A stretch of 64,000 nucleotides of DNA from Schmidtea nova. Lineage: Eukaryota. Made by a program: the position numbers and the translations under genes. The notes beneath the pieces were generated by a model. The model made no database searches. It worked only from the letters and a program-made list of their open reading frames with translations, and had not been told where the DNA came from. Each line of letters opens with the position of its first letter. The first letter of the stretch is position 1. The stretch lies in contig CM097882.1 in NCBI GenBank assembly GCA_044892505.1, positions 53,320,001 to 53,384,000 of the forward strand. The letters are read 5' to 3'. This document shows, piece after piece, positions 1 to 30,400 of this stretch.

Positions 1-10
1 TTTATATCAG

Positions 11-14978
<14,968 letters not shown>

Positions 14979-17581
14979 TTTGATTGATCGTAAAATGAAC
15001 TATCAATTCTTGAATAATTAGTTGATATAAAAAAATTTTTTGAATAATTTATATTCGGACTAACTTTTAATTCCTATTTGGTTTGCTCAATATAATAATT
15101 GTTTTGATATTTTTAATATTTTAATCAAGTAAAATGTTTTACAAAGAATTGTTTTGGAGGAATTTGCTTTTGTGCTAGTTGAATTTATTTCATGTAAAAC
15201 AATAGTTTATAAAGTGAAATTAATACATTTTCAGTGTGTCCTATGTTATTTCTACTGAAAGGGGACTTTTGTCAATTTTTGTTTTCGAATATTTTAACCT
15301 TTTAAATGCATGATATTTTTAAAATTATATTCATTGTATGTCAACATATCACTGGTTTGAACTAGTATAACGTGATGCTCGTGCTATTTATATAGGGCTT
15401 CACAAATTGTATGCGGTATGTACTCAATCGATAATATTGCACACACTTAAAATTTACTTCTCACACACCTTAAGGGGTACAATTGAGTATTTTGTAAAAT
15501 GACGACAAAACACATTCAAAAGTTAGACTTTTCTGTTAAATTTATTGTTGAAAATTTGACAAATTACTTAATCCAATTTTTAAATGTTTGCAGTAATTTA
15601 GCCTAGAAAATTGTTGTCTATGTCAGTATTGTTCACTCTTTTCAATTTAACGGCTTAAATTAACATTTCATGAAATTCCGCGGATCATTTCAAATCAAAA
15701 TTTTTATTAAATAATAGTTTTTAGCCAAACCGGGCATGAACTCAGGACCTAAATGGAAGTTATAATATACGAAATTGAACCGTGCCGTAAAATATTTTCA
15801 TTTGTTTCAATTAAGACTAGAAATTAATTTTACATTATATACAATTTCCAAACTATTTGCACCCAAAACTCTTCTAGACAGATCGAAATATTTTACTAAC
15901 CAAAAATATTTTTAATTTTTCAGCTAAATTGTTAGTAATTTTATAACATGGTGTGGTGGTTTTTTCTGTACCAGTTGACAATTTGTCAAATAAGTTTTAT
16001 CGCTTCAATTGATCCGTTTAAAACGTAGTTAGCAATTCTTAACTGATTAGTAAGCTTATCAAATTAATATCAATAATTTAGACTATTATAATAATGACTA
16101 AATCAAATTTTTTTGGTTAAGTACAAAATATTGTCCACTTAAAAACCAAAAAAAAATTGATAGGAAATTATTGATATAAATAAACAAAATCAAAGGTGAA
16201 ACCAAAAGATAATTATGATTGTTATCAAATTGAATTAATTTTTATTAACAAATGCCCCCTAATAACTATACAACTCAGTTTCGTACTTTCCAAGTTAAAC
16301 GACACAGAAAAAAGAATTTCCCACTTTTGAAAGGGTTATTGGCGGTTTCTTAAGCAACATAACATTTTAAGCATTACTAAAAAGGTTTTCATTCAAATTT
16401 GTATAGTATATTGAAAAACCGTAAATTTAAAAACGCTTTTTGGGCAATTTACCGGTAAGTCATTTTACCGGTAATGCCAACCATGCTGTTTACTTATAAT
16501 AAACTTTTTGAAACATGTTCACGAAGCAACCATAAATGAACATGTCATGGAGATGGTCTAAATTAGTCAATCAGTCAATTCACTTTTAGCATCGAATACA
16601 GTGATGCGTTTATAATTTTTTGACATGAAAAAATTTTAAGTATAACTTCAAGTGTTTTTACCGAATAACCAAGACTCTGAAATATTGAAACTTTATTTTT
16701 CACAACAATTTTTATAATTCTTATGCAACATTTCACCGAGATACAAATTTTAGAACAACCCTTTATTCTTTTAAAATTTAAAATTTTGTAAGTCTTCTTA
16801 GAGAAAACTTTCGTTTTTTTTTGAATCCTATTGATAGTAAATATCAATCTCCCAACAATCTTTCGCTAATCACAGTTGTGTGATTATCTTCTGTTCTTCA
16901 CAAAACCGAAAATTCTTAATTAAAAAAAATATTTATATATTATACACCCTCATCAATTACCATAAGAGAATTTTTGTTTTTCCATAAAGAAAACAAATTA
17001 ATTTGGCAAGATAATTTCTATCAATGCTTAATTTATCCTCCCTTGATTACAAAAAAAATCATTTAAATTATGTCTTCTATTTTTCGATAATTTATATATA
17101 TATATATATGTGTGTGTGTGTTAGAAAATGGGAAAATAATAAAAATAATAAAACTAAAATATTATACAAAAGGTTTAAACAAATACCGAATCAACATTCA
17201 CATAATAAATAACGAAGATTTTTGATTCTAGAAATCGGATGGAAAATATCGACTTTATTGATTTTATTGTATGTTATATGGATTTATTGATATTTTGTGG
17301 ATTGATTTCATTAATTTTATCCTATGTTATCTGGACATTAATTTTATTGATTGAATATTATGTTAGTAATTTGTGATTGAAATATTGTGACTTGATTTTT
17401 TGATTTTGATTATTAAATTTTGGTTGTTAATTTTTGCTATACATATAATATAAAAAAACATAACAATGATTTAATTAATGCCATCAGAACTGTATATTTC
17501 GACATACCCGTTACCATAGTATTCATAAGGAAAATTTATTAACCTATCAAAACGAATTAAAACTTTTATATTTAATTAAGC

Positions 17582-18400
17582 TTTTGGGTTATTTTACTTT
17601 GTTTAAGATCGGTTCAAACCTGACTCCTCGTGTCCTTTAATTATCGAAAATCAATGAAACCCAACACAGAACACTTTATTTGATTATCATCACAAATACA
17701 ATTTGTCTTTTATCTCAACTTGTTTTAATCCATATAATTTACACTTTTAGCAATTTGCACTTTCTCTCTTTTCGGATTTGGTTCTTACATTAGGGCTTAA
17801 AACCCAATGGCTAATGGCCCTTTCTTGTACGTAATGTTGAATAACTGTTACTAAAATCTTTTCTCACTTCGTCTATTGTCTTTTCAGCATTCCGCCATTA
17901 CGTTTTCAATTCCTATTATTTGACTGAACTAGCAATAATAATTTTCGTTTTCTAAATTTCCTCAACTGACCAAATATTATAAATTTCTCTTAGTTAATCA
18001 CTCCTGTCCTTTACTTTAGCGCTGCCTTTTATACATTTCTCAAATGGAAATTAAATTTAATCAAAACTGAAAAGTTACCCAATCTCTGGCTCAAGTGGCC
18101 CATCAACAAATTATCATATTTGCGGTCAAGTAGATTTTCCCTTGATTGCTGTACGCAATCTCCCGTCTTTGATCTCATGGGTCTCTACTGCGCTCGGGCT
18201 TCCCATTGAGCGATTAGTTAATTTTAATTAGTTTGCTTTTACGATATAACTTTCTCTGGGGACCGCTTTATTATATCTTTATTATATCCACTTTATTATA
18301 TCCACTTTATTATATCCACTAGTTGATTTTCCAATACAAGATTTACAAATTTCACAATGTCTAATTTTGCAAGTTAACACTTGTCAAAATGACTCAGGGT
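17582..18400 (-). mobile_element. Diverged solo copy of the ~630-bp LTR family
   Basis: Shares TTGGGTTATT...CTGACTCCTCGTGTCCTTTAA...ACCCAACACA and TTTCTCTGGGGACC blocks with 26579-27208 and 47461-48094. Right boundary approximate. Contains about four copies of a CTTTATTATATC(CA) repeat near 18266-18320. Confidence 0.6.
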
Positions 18401-19349
18401 AAAAATATTTTTTCCCCAACTGAATTTGACTGCAGTATATATACTATTTTGTGTCGGCTCTCAACCGATCAAAATTCGCCTACCGCTGCCATAATTGACA
18501 GGTATTTATTTTTAATCCTTATTTTAGATTCATATTTATTTCAGTTTTCCTAGGTTTGAGTTTTTGGGGTAACTTAATCTTTTTGATATTTATTTAATAT
18601 TTTCCTAGCTTTACTTGTTGTTTTAGGTGGGTGACAACATATGGTTTGGGTTGTCATTTTCATTTTCATATTTATATTATTTAATTACTTTAGGATTCCT
18701 TGCGATTCTAGGTTATTCCAATTAATTTGTAATTCTAGGATTATATTTCTCGGTAACTTATTGATTTCTATTTTAGGTTCTGTCAATTGGTATGGATTCC
18801 AGTTCTAAGTTTTTTGGTAAAAACTTATGTTTCCTTTATTGATTATTTTATTTTATTATATTTATTTTAGATTCCCTGTCCATGCTGGTTCTCTGGTTAT
18901 TAATTAATTAAATTTATTAATTTATTATTTTCTTTAATTGCAGGTGTAAGTCTTATCTGGCTGGCCCAACAATTTTAATTTCGCTTTGCTCTTGAGTCGT
19001 TATTGATAACTATAATATGCTTTAAAAGTTTCTTTGAAAATCTACAAAACTTTAAAAAACTCTCTTCTGAAACACAAACTAAGCACTGGTGATAAAATAA
19101 TAATAGTAAAAATATTATTGTGAATATTAAATACATTGATTTAAACAAAAAAATATATTAATAAATAATAGTATTAAAAATAACTCATAAGAAAATTTAT
19201 ACGATTCAGGATGTATAGATGTCACGCTAGTATAAGCTAATAAATTCTCATTTCAAAGATATTGGGAAAAGGGTTTGACTCTAAATATAGTAATTGTAAA
19301 ATAATTGTAAATATAGTAAAAATTGTTGATTAAAAATAAATATTATTGA

Positions 19350-19665
19350 CAAATAACAACCCTTGTCATTTTAAATGAAGAGCAACAAAGATTCACTAAA
19401 TAAACTGAGTGAATTCTAAGTTTAACCACTCATAAAATCATATTTTAAGAAGAATTTCATAGTTGTTATCAGCTATTGAAAACCTTAAAATAGAGCATGC
19501 AGTAAATCGAGCTCAGAGCCACATTCAACACTACACATCACATAGATAGCTTATAAAACACAGACACAAAGATAGTGGTACTCGTAAATGTGATATCATT
19601 TTATTTTGGTAATTATTATATTTTTTTTAATTAAATAAAATTTATTTCGCACCAGTGTTGACTTA
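19350..19665 (+). repeat. Dispersed repeat, inverted homolog of 39715-40030
   Basis: Long shared blocks, e.g. CATAGTTGTTATCAGCTATTGAAAACCTTAAAATAGAGCAT and AATGTGATATCATTTTATTTTGGTAATT...CCAGTGTTGACTTA. Truncated by the N-gap. Confidence 0.8.
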
Positions 19666-20349
19666 NNNNNNNNNNNNNNNNNNNNNNNNNNNNNNNNNNN
19701 NNNNNNNNNNNNNNNNNNNNNNNNNNNNNNNNNNNNNNNNNNNNNNNNNNNNNNNNNNNNNNNNNNNNNNNNNNNNNNNNNNNNNNNNNNNNNNNNNNNN
19801 NNNNNNNNNNNNNNNNNNNNNNNNNNNNNNNNNNNNNNNNNNNNNNNNNNNNNNNNNNNNNNNNNNNNNNNNNNTCATTTTTCTAACAATAAATCAAAAA
19901 ATATTTTCTTGTTTATGAAAAAAATTTGATCTATTGTTTTAAAATGAAAATAAGTGAGATATTTGTTGATGCAAAGAATCGTTTAACAAATTAATAAATT
20001 TGTTTGTATTTTTGCCTTTACACGTCATAGGAGCTCCTCTTTCAATGTGTAATTAATTTTATATATTGAAATTTTTCAATTTCCACTTCACTTTCAAAAT
20101 TTGTTCATTTTTACCTTCGTAATTCAATTAATTAATGTTTAATTTTCTTGCACAATCAGTAATTTAATTAATTTTCAAATATTCTACATTACCCCCAACA
20201 ATATAAATAAAGCAATAATAAAGCTGCTAGTTATTTTTCAATAATAACTTGAAGAGAATCACATTGAAAACTCATAGAAATAAGCAAAAGATTTTATGAT
20301 AAACAAAAAAATAAAAAAATTATACTTTAGAAGCTCTCAAAATATTATT

Positions 20350-21030
20350 AAAAATATCAAAAGACAATGAGCTCCTCAACAAAGATCGAATAGGAAGATG
20401 CCAAAAATTTCAGGGAGTTCCATATTTATCACATATGAGAGAATTTGATAGTTAAGCCATGTCAAAATAGAAAGGCCTGGCCACAAGTGAGAGCTATCAT
20501 TAGAATGGTTCTACACAAGTACAAAATACTACGTAAACTAAGTGCACAAACATACGAAAACTCATTTTGGTATTTTTCTGAAGTAAATTCAGTCATTTAT
20601 GTTGACTTTGTGGTTTCATTGCCGAGTGTTGAAAATAAAAAAGTATATATTAAACAAATTGGATCGAATGTCAGAAGTAATTCCTTTGTCGCTAAGATCG
20701 CGTATGAACTTGGTAGTGAATAAATTTCTTGGTTAGGATCTTCTGAAGTTCTTATTACTAATCAAGGCAGTCAAATTAGATCACTTAAGTTAAAACACTT
20801 TTGGCACTGATCACAGAATACAAGAAAGTATCATTCTCAATATAATGGAGAAGTAGATCAATGATCTTGAACACTCAAAAACACTTTTAAACCCAATACT
20901 CTAAGTATCAGCAAAGCATAGATACAACTTTTGCCACTGATACTTTTAGGTATTCAAAAAGGCAGAATTATAGATGTTAAGTGCTTAACAACACAATTGA
21001 TGTTCGGAGCTCAACAAAGCTTCTTTTTAT
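20350..21030 (+). pseudogene. Highly decayed Ty3/gypsy integrase fragment
   Basis: Remnants in shifting frames resemble integrase core motifs: AWPQVRAII, IYVDFVVSLPS (cf. IAMDFVGPLP), NQGSQI (cf. DQGSQF), YHSQYNGEVD (cf. YHPQSNGMVE), LILLGI, MFGA. Confidence 0.55.
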
Positions 21031-21435
21031 GACATTTTTATTTGCTATATACCAAATAAACATTCAAAAGACAGTATAGTATTTCCAAGTGAAGAAAACG
21101 CATATTATTCAGAAGAAAAAATGTTTTGTATCACATTCGCTAAATATTGCATACACTCATGGACAAGCGTATAAGTAAGGACCTGACCACAGTTGTTTTA
21201 TGGAGGTGCTCTTATCTTGAAATTATGACTTTAAATGAACAAAATTTTTAATGTCTAAATTATTTCTTTTCACTCGTTTCATCAATAAATTAAAAGCACT
21301 TTAATGCTTGAAAATTGATTGTTTTTTTTATAAAATTACACGACCATACCAAATTTCGTGTAATATGTAGGTGGAATTTGACTCATTACTTTTAAAGCCT
21401 ACGTTCAGTAACTCATTTCATCTTTATATTTTCTA

Positions 21436-24400
21436 ATGATTAATACCGATGCGATAGACCCTTTAAAAAAGTGTTTTAAAGTCCCAAATCAAAAGCTTAT
21501 TTTGCTTGAAGATGAAGAATTCGAACATCAAACGTTGAGAAACCTTATTGTGTCGTCAAACAAAATCATTCCGGTTTGAAATTCAATTGAAAAGTCCAAT
21601 TAATTTTCACTTATTTTTAGAATGAAGATAGGTCTTTTATTGTCTTTGATTTTGGTGCGATTGTTTCTCAGTACACTCGCATGAGAAATCTCATTCCGCG
21701 AGCATATCCGTTTTTTGCAATAAAGTGTATGGCGGATAAACAGATAATTTCTTTATTGGGGAGCTTAGGCGCAGGATTCGATTGTGCTAGTTGGGATGAA
21801 ATAAAAAATGCTTCATTAGCTTTGCCCAAACCAACTGGGACATTTCCAGAAAAGTTTCATCCGTTAAATTCGGAAAAAATTATATTTTCTCATCCATTCA
21901 AATTTGTCAATGTAAATTTAAAAAATTGTAAATTTTTTATCTACAGTTTGTAATAGGAAATGGTTAATGCTTCGAAGATTGGAGTGGAATTTACGGTATT
22001 CGACACTGTAGAAGAGCTATTTTCTATTTCAAAATGTTGGCCACAGGCAAAATTACTTTTGAGAATTTTACCACCAAAACAATTCAAGGCTTTTGCACAA
22101 TTGGGGAAAAAATTCGGAGCTGATCATACAACGGCCAAGACTTTAATTACGTGCGCAAAAGAATTGAAAATTAACTTGGTTGGCGTTTGGTAAATAATTT
22201 CATTTAAATGTTTTTGTTATCTTTTTTTCATTAACATCTTTTATTTTCCCCTTTAATCTTTTTTGCCTATTTCGTAAATTTTTAATTCTTTATAAAGATT
22301 ATAGATTAATATATTTTTTTATATGTACACCTTTTTTTGAAAAAGGCTGTGCCGAAAATTCATGTACTTGAAAAAAATTTGATTTAGTATTCATAAAAAA
22401 ATTTCTTTTTAATTTTAGAAACATTATTTTTTTAGAAATTTATTTTCATGGAAATATGCATTCGATTCTCACAGAAATATTCAGTATTATATTTATATTT
22501 ATATTATCACCGTTTAATTATTTGAAATCACAAAAATAGCTTTTGAAATAATGTGACGCTGTAAGCGATATAAATCTAGCAATTTAAAACGTTTTCAAAA
22601 CAATATTTGATGTTAAATAAAATGATAAAATGAAATTTGGTTTTCGGACTAGTTTTAAAAATTAATTGGCTTTTATTGGTATCATGGATCAGTCAAAGTA
22701 ATCAAAGCTTTTACATTAAAACGTATGTTTTATTCTGCTAAAGAGTAAAAGAGTTCATCATATCCATCAGTTGTGAACAGGAACTAACTGTAACCTCCAG
22801 GACACCAACAACCACAGAAATATTTTGATAAATATCATTATCATTATAATCTGTGCTATTATTNNNNNNNNNNNNNNNNNNNNNNNNNNNNNNNNNNNNN
22901 NNNNNNNNNNNNNNNNNNNNNNNNNNNNNNNNNNNNNNNNNNNNNNNNNNNNNNNNNNNNNNNNNNNNNNNNNNNNNNNNNNNNNNNNNNNNNNNNNNNN
23001 NNNNNNNNNNNNNNNNNNNNNNNNNNNNNNNNNNNNNNNNNNNNNNNNNNNNNNNNNNNNNNNNNNNNNNNNNNNNNNNNNNNNNNNNNNNNNNNNNNNN
23101 NNNNNNNNNNNNNNNNNNNNNNNNNNNNNNNNNNNNNNNNNNNNNNNNNNNNNNNNNNNNNNNNNNNNNNNNNNNNNNNNNNNNNNNNNNNNNNNNNNNN
23201 NNNNNNNNNNNNNNNNNNNNNNNNNNNNNNNNNNNNNNNNNNNNNNNNNNNNNNNNNNNNNNNNNNNNNNNNNNNNNAATTAAATAATACCATAAATAAA
23301 TAAAATGATTGAGAGAAAATACTAGAAAAATGATGTAATGTTTTGTAGATCTGAGAATAAGGAATGAAAGTAAGAAATTGAGAAACGAGTAAATAATACA
23401 AAATAAAAGAAATTAAAAGAAGGTAATTGTTACTTAACATGTACAAAAAGAAAAAGGGAATTACAAAATTGAAAAAAAAACAAGTGGGAAATTTATATCT
23501 CGGCAGCTTAGCAAAGATAACGAAAGTTAACTGGAAGAATCGGGAAACTTAAAAAGGGAAATAATCAAAAATCATTTATCTTGACAGCTGTCAGATATAG
23601 TAGGGAACCATAAGGGAAAATGAAACGCGCTGGAGGCAAAAAACAAAAATAATCTTATCTACAAGAGAATGATAAGCTATAAAAGGGAGGAACCACAGTG
23701 GATTTGAGATGGAAAAATTCTAAAGGTTGGAAAAAATAAATAAATTAGTCGAGACAAATTTGGAGAATAAGAATTGTGGTAAAGGATACTGATAAAGAAT
23801 TTATTGAGTCAAATAAAGACTGTATTTTGGAAAACGTGAAATCAAAGAAAATTTAGAAAAGATTAAATTAAACGTAGTAAAACAAGAATTTATCGAACCG
23901 AAGCCTAACGAGTAAACTAACTAAGTCAAAGTAAGAGAAAAACCAGATCTATTTGCAAATTGTTGAATTCAAGTCAGCAGTGAGACGTCGTTAAATTTTA
24001 AGTGTTCTACTTTGGTGCTATTCTTCATGAAGTGTCATAATAAGCACTGTATAATAACCTGTGATGATATTGAATTTGTCATTGTAATTTGTGTGACCAT
24101 TTGGGATCAATAAAGATTTTTATTGTCTGGAAATTGTTATTTTGTAGGTCAAATATAGGACGCCCAGTCACAGAATTAATTGATAAATTTATATTTCACC
24201 AACAACCCAATAAATCAACATAATTATTATTATTATTACTTAAATAAGCATGGCAAAGATAAACTTCACTCATATAACTTCTAGATTGATTTTTAATAAA
24301 TTGAAAATATAATTTATTAAAATAATATTTTAAATTTATTTAAATATATTTTATAATTTGTTTTAATACATTGAATTAAACATGTTTTTTAGCAACTCTT

Positions 24401-27400
24401 TAAATCATTATGAATTATATTTTGAATAGCTTCACTGATCCTACTTAATTGAATTTGTGAAGCTAGTTTTTGAAGTTTCGAATTATTTAGATCTAAAATA
24501 GACGAATAAATACGAATTCTCCATCTGAATAATGATGTTTAGCTCACGCAATATTCCAAGAAATAACAAAACTGACTTCTATTGCGTTTTTCAGTATGTT
24601 TGCTATTAGGATTTTCATCCTTTAAAACATTAAAATCAGTTTTACAACAATTTGAATCCATGACTTTTATTTCAGAAAAATATATGTTATCAAAATAATT
24701 TGTTATTTAAACAAATTTCCAAAAAATATTTTTCTAAATAAAAATATTTTTATATTTTAAAAATCAATCTACAAGTTAATTTTTGAAAATTTAAAAATTT
24801 CTTAAATCTTCCAACTTCCTCATATTTGCAAAATGATGTTATGGTTGTTTGCTTAGTTAATAAGCTTGATTTTAACGATTTAAGCTTAACTTTCCTCAAT
24901 TCAGATACAATTGGAAGCTCAAGTGAAAAATTAAATATGACTTGCATCATAATGTCTCTTCAAGTGACCAACTTTATATTGTACAAGTGAACTCTGGTAA
25001 ATTAGACATGTTGGCTTGCCACCTTGATCAACACATCTTAATTCACCTTCGCACTTAGACTGAAATCCTCTTTTCTTCAAAATATTTTCTTTTTTGTTGG
25101 TGGATTTCAATTTTTTATGACTTCTTTTAACACTGAAATCTCATTTAGTTCCAAGTTCTTGGGATTGTGATTTATTTAATTAATGTATTAAGTATTTCAG
25201 TGAAAAATACTTCTAGCAATTAATTATATAGTCTTGAATAAAATGCAAATTTATCACTGACGTTTATCAGATCAAGATAATAATTAAACTGATTATTTTT
25301 TATTAATCAACTTGTGGATTGTTAAGTATAACAACTTTTAATAAAAAAATTGATTTACAAAAATGTTTAAATTACTCACTTTTAATCACACTGTTAAAAT
25401 TTCTTATTTAAAAATATGAAATTAATATATTTGCATTTTATATATAGAAATATTATTATTATTAAATTATTTTATTTGATAAAAAAACTAATTAAAATAT
25501 TGTGGCTCGTGATCCACCATTCGTTAACGTCTGTGAAAATCTATTCTATTTTTTAACCATAATCCAACTACTCATGTCTGCAAAACCAATGATGCTAACG
25601 ATGTATTTTTAGTTTTCACGTAGGAAGTGGTGTAGAAGAGATGGATGCTTGGTCTCAGTGTATTGAATATAGTGCTAAAATATTTCAAATAATGGAAAAG
25701 GCAGGATATAAACCATATTTATTAGATATAGGAGGCGGCTTTCCCTCAATGAGCATGATAAATTCAACAGAAAATACAGAAAACCAACTTCAATTTGGCA
25801 AAGAATGCCAAAATATTAACATGGTTTTAGATAAATATTTTCCCGCCTCGGAAAATTATGTAATAATTTGTGAACCAGGCGCTTATTTTACAAATGGTTC
25901 TGGTTGTTTGTTTTGTCAGGTAATTAAATATTCCTATGATAAATTAAAAGATTTCGAGTAGGTTATTGGAAAAATAGAAGAAAATGATGTAAATGAACAA
26001 ATAAATAATAATGAAATGGTAAATATTTATTTGTTTTAAAAGAATTATGTTTAATAAAAATTAATTATTTGATAATTTAATTAATATTATAAAATGAATA
26101 TTTTTTATCATTTACAAGGTTGAGTTTTCTAGAGCAATTATTTTATGTTTTTAATAAAAATAAAAATAGATTTTCTTAAATCGGTTATATGAAGATTAGT
26201 ACAGATCTGTTAAATGTAATTTTGGGAAATTTTATTTTAAATAATAAAAAATAAAAGTTTGTTTTGTAAACCATTTTTAGCGTTTGTTCAAAACTTCGCT
26301 TATTTGATCTAATTTTGCTTAAATGGAATTTAATCGTAACGATATCTGCAAATTAATCTATTATTATTGCAAGAGAGGCCTGTTGACCTCTGAAATTATT
26401 GTTGTAATAAATGCCAGTCTTCTTAATAGCCCCGTAACTCAAAGAACACACAAAGGTTCGGTTTTAAATTTCAATCACATCAATTTCACATTCAAAGAGT
26501 TGGAACGGTTAGATTGTCCTTCACTTAATATTGATAAGAAGGCCATTCGTGGCCATCGTCTGTAGCCACGTTTAGAAATGTTGGGTTATTAATTTGAGTC
26601 TGTTTAGTTTCTGACTCCTCGTGCTCCTTTAATAACGATATAACTGAGACCCAACACAATAAATTTTATTTATTCAAATCTGAGAATTCACAACAACTAA
26701 AATCAGTACAATCTTTATTGTTTCTACACTCTCTTTCTGCACTCTTTGTCTAAGCGATAAGGGTAGGTCTACCAAGGGTAGATTGCCATTTCTGATATGC
26801 TTGATTGGCTAATGTTACTGCACGAAAATCTCCTTTTCACTTACTCAATCTTTATAACTGGCGATAATTCTCTTCGATCACACTGACAATTTTCTGTTTT
26901 TCTTGCCGCTTTTATAGTTTACCAATTTGTCAATAAATTGATTATGTTTTCCAAACTTGCGATCAAATTCGATTATAATTTTCCGTAATTGGAATTTTGA
27001 TAATTATAATTCGCACTAATTTGATCCGCGCTTTTGTTAATTCGTTTACGTCTCGGGTTTCCCTTTGCTCGGGCTCTCTACTAGCCCTGGTCTCCCATGA
27101 ACTCGGACTTCCTCTTGACTCGGGTTTTTGAATATCTTTTTCTGGGGACCCCACCATTGATATTTTATTATCATATTCGTGCTCATCTCTCCATTTGCCA
27201 TCCGAACATACCAATTTCCCCTGTTAAATCTTTATTTTTTATTTTTCAAATTTTTAATTAATTTTTTGTACTTATTTATTAATTGTGAATTTCACGTTTT
27301 TCAGCCTTTTTATTGATCTTCTTTCAACATTCGTATTGATCCATATTTTTTACCAACAATCACCAACGGATAATTTCAAGGACTTTTATATTGGCCTATT

Positions 27401-30400
27401 TCTCCTGTTTCAATTAATCTTTCAACCAACTCAACAATTTTATATTCCAAATACATCTGCTGCAGACGAGGATGTTGTAAAAGTGGTGACTCTTTGACTG
27501 TTATTTTATGATATCGTTGTTGTATGATCGAGATAATATGTCGAAGACATAAATATTGTTTCATAATTTTTGTGGCTTTTTATATTCTGAAAACAATTAC
27601 ATTCCGTACCCTATCTTCATTTGAAAAATTTTCTTCAATTAACGCAGAATCAATATAATTAACTTCTATTAACTTTATACCAACTCTTCATAACATTGAT
27701 TCCACCTATAAAATGTGGATGAATTTTTAAAACAATTAAGATATCAATTAATCGAAACTTATCATTCCATCTAACATTGACCCATGTTGATCCCATTTAG
27801 AAAAATATTTCACTAAGCATAATGTTTGCATCTAGTAAAAATATTATTCCAATCTTTTGTCGGCAGTTATTGCTCATAACTGTTATAGCAGCTCATGTAT
27901 CCCACAGTATATCAATTCCAAGATTTTCATTCTGATCCACTGTTTCCATCACTTGACTGATACATCACATCTTTTAAACTTCATTTTGATTTAATTGAAT
28001 ATTTATTGTCTCGAATCCATTGAAAAAATGTAAGCTAAGCAACAGGGTTATTCGTTTTTTTCTTGCATTACATCATGATTTATTAAATTTTCAAATATTT
28101 TCAATTTGTGTACATATAATCGGTCTGTTATAATTTTGGCTTCTATTTTTCATGAGATTACAATGTCTATATATGTATCCTTGTTTTCCATATATTAGAC
28201 ATTCATTTTTTAATGAACATTGGAAACGTAAATGGTTGCTTTCGCCCCAACAGTAGCACTGACCTGGAGATAAGATTTCTTCCTTTGGCTCAGGTAATGC
28301 ACGACACTTGTTATATAACTTCTTTGCTTGATGTTTCATTGAAAAAATGGCCAATATCTTTGATTTCCATTTCCGTCCTCATATTGTTATATTTTCTATT
28401 TGGAAATACAGAAGTATTATCATAATTATAACTTACTGTATTTCCATAACTTGTGCTTGGCACAATTTACTTAGCATCATTATTTCTGTTTTAAAATTTT
28501 CTAACATCCAGATTACTATATTTTGACAGTTGTTTATTTATATTCCGACTTTGATGTCCATGATGAAAATTATTTTCTTGTTTCAAAACCTCTGAAAAAC
28601 TAAATTTTTGAACAGCATCAACATATTTGTCAGAACGCGATTCTTGCGAATATTCTTGATTTTCAAGTAATTTAGAAGTAACTTTGAATTACAAGTTTGT
28701 AAATTATTTTTTTCTTGAAGTGGAGTACTTCTAGCTCGTTTAAAAATAATATCTTTTACAATTTTTCCACGATTAAATTCTGAACTGAAAATAGTTTAGA
28801 AAAGATTTACTCTTATTTCAAAGGAACCAAATCTTTCATCTGCTTTTTGTTTAATTTCGGCAAGTTCCACAATCATATTGGTAATCGATTTCTTTATTGT
28901 AAAGGTATCCAAAAACCATGATTTTGCTTCTTCATTTGTTATTGGTTCCTGTAGGAATGCTAAAAGCAAATAAGATTTTATTAATAGAAATTGTTCTCCA
29001 ATTGACAAGTTGGTCTTTGGCAACCGGAAATCCTGACCGATGATAACAAGAGTTGAAATGAGCAAGCTCCATGAAAGTCCGTATTGATTGATTTCTGGTG
29101 ATGGCGAATAATTGTTTAATCGAGATTGATTGTGATCCAATGTATTGATTTGTAGATTTTTTGAGTTATACATTTCAGATTTGTCTGGATAGTATATTAA
29201 TATTGATCCAGTTGATGACAAGCATCTTCCAGTTTGTACGGCTTCTGCAATCTACGGAACTGGCAATTGTTTCTTCTTTGAATATCGACTACACAATCTC
29301 CACTAGAGTAGAACTGATAATTGTTGTCATTTGATGAAAACGAGTCGCTGTGAATGTCTTGAGTTAATTGGCATATCGAATCATTGTTAACAGCTTGCAT
29401 TTTTTTTGATCAGCGTGAAAAAGTGAAAATATGTAAATATTAAAACAACATCTAATTTAATCCATTTAATAATCAATTAATTTATAAAATTGAAAATTTA
29501 ATCTAAGGCACTACAGTTCCGTTTTAAAATTATGCCATAAAACGTCTGCTTCACCGGACAATAGTAAATCGAAAACACTTATTATTCATTCAAATTTATT
29601 GTTCAATATCTCTGATCCAATTTTAATTTCATCCATTCAAAAATTCAATATATATTTATTATATACAGTCCTGCCCACTTTATTCGGATCGGGATATCTC
29701 GGATTTTTACGTATGTCGTATTGTTTTCGGATTTTTAATTTTACAATTCATATAAATTTTAATACTTAAGTCATATAAATAAGTCGTATTTTTGATTATC
29801 TATTAGCTATTGTTACTGGCATGTAAATGGGAATGTATTGATTTTTTTCTACAAATTACGCACATTAACTGTCAGTACGCAGTTGTACTAATAGAAATTT
29901 AATAATAATGCTATTTAATTGGTATCATCAATTTGATACTACATTATCGAAAGACACTTTCAACAAAACGTTTGACCATAGCTGAAGAAAATTCTCCCTT
30001 TCAGTGTAATATCTTGGATGTAGAGATATCCATAAAGTCTGTGAAATAAAGTTAAAAGCAGAACGATTGAAAACAGTTTTTGTTCAATGGGTTTTGTCAA
30101 AAGGACAGTTTTATTTCTGGAAATATCCCCACTTGTTCTGACACAGAAGGAAGTTCAAGAAACACACCAGAATAAAAAGATCGTAATATCTGGGAGACTG
30201 TGTGATATTGTTCTCGATCATTTGCCTTCAATAAATCTATACGTAGATGTCGATTCTGGTTTTGAGTGTACGGAAACCCTTACAGAATTATTGGAAGCTG
30301 AAATCATAGACTACGTTTAAAATCGAAATCAGACTGAAGACGATGGGAATGAATCGAAAGATGAAAGGCCGGTACTTACGATATTGAAAGTTAACCATTC

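Noticed and set aside
15361-15390. Possible Helitron 3' end (CACG...TATACTAGT on the minus strand)
   Set aside because: The required subterminal hairpin does not pair, and no 5' TC end was identified.
15700-15790. tRNA/SINE-like B-box (GAGTTCATGCCC, minus strand)
   Set aside because: No cloverleaf or acceptor stem can be formed and the A-box is unconvincing.
15947-16485. Possible hAT MITE (right end TTACCGGTAATGCCAACCATG)
   Set aside because: The left end matches poorly and there is no target-site duplication.
18500-18960. Run of TAG|G acceptor-like and GT donor-like sites suggesting a micro-exon gene (similar at 43960-44085)
   Set aside because: TAG frequency is near expectation for a T-rich strand, several implied introns (13-27 nt) are far below the local 41-nt minimum, and no consistent reading frame emerged.
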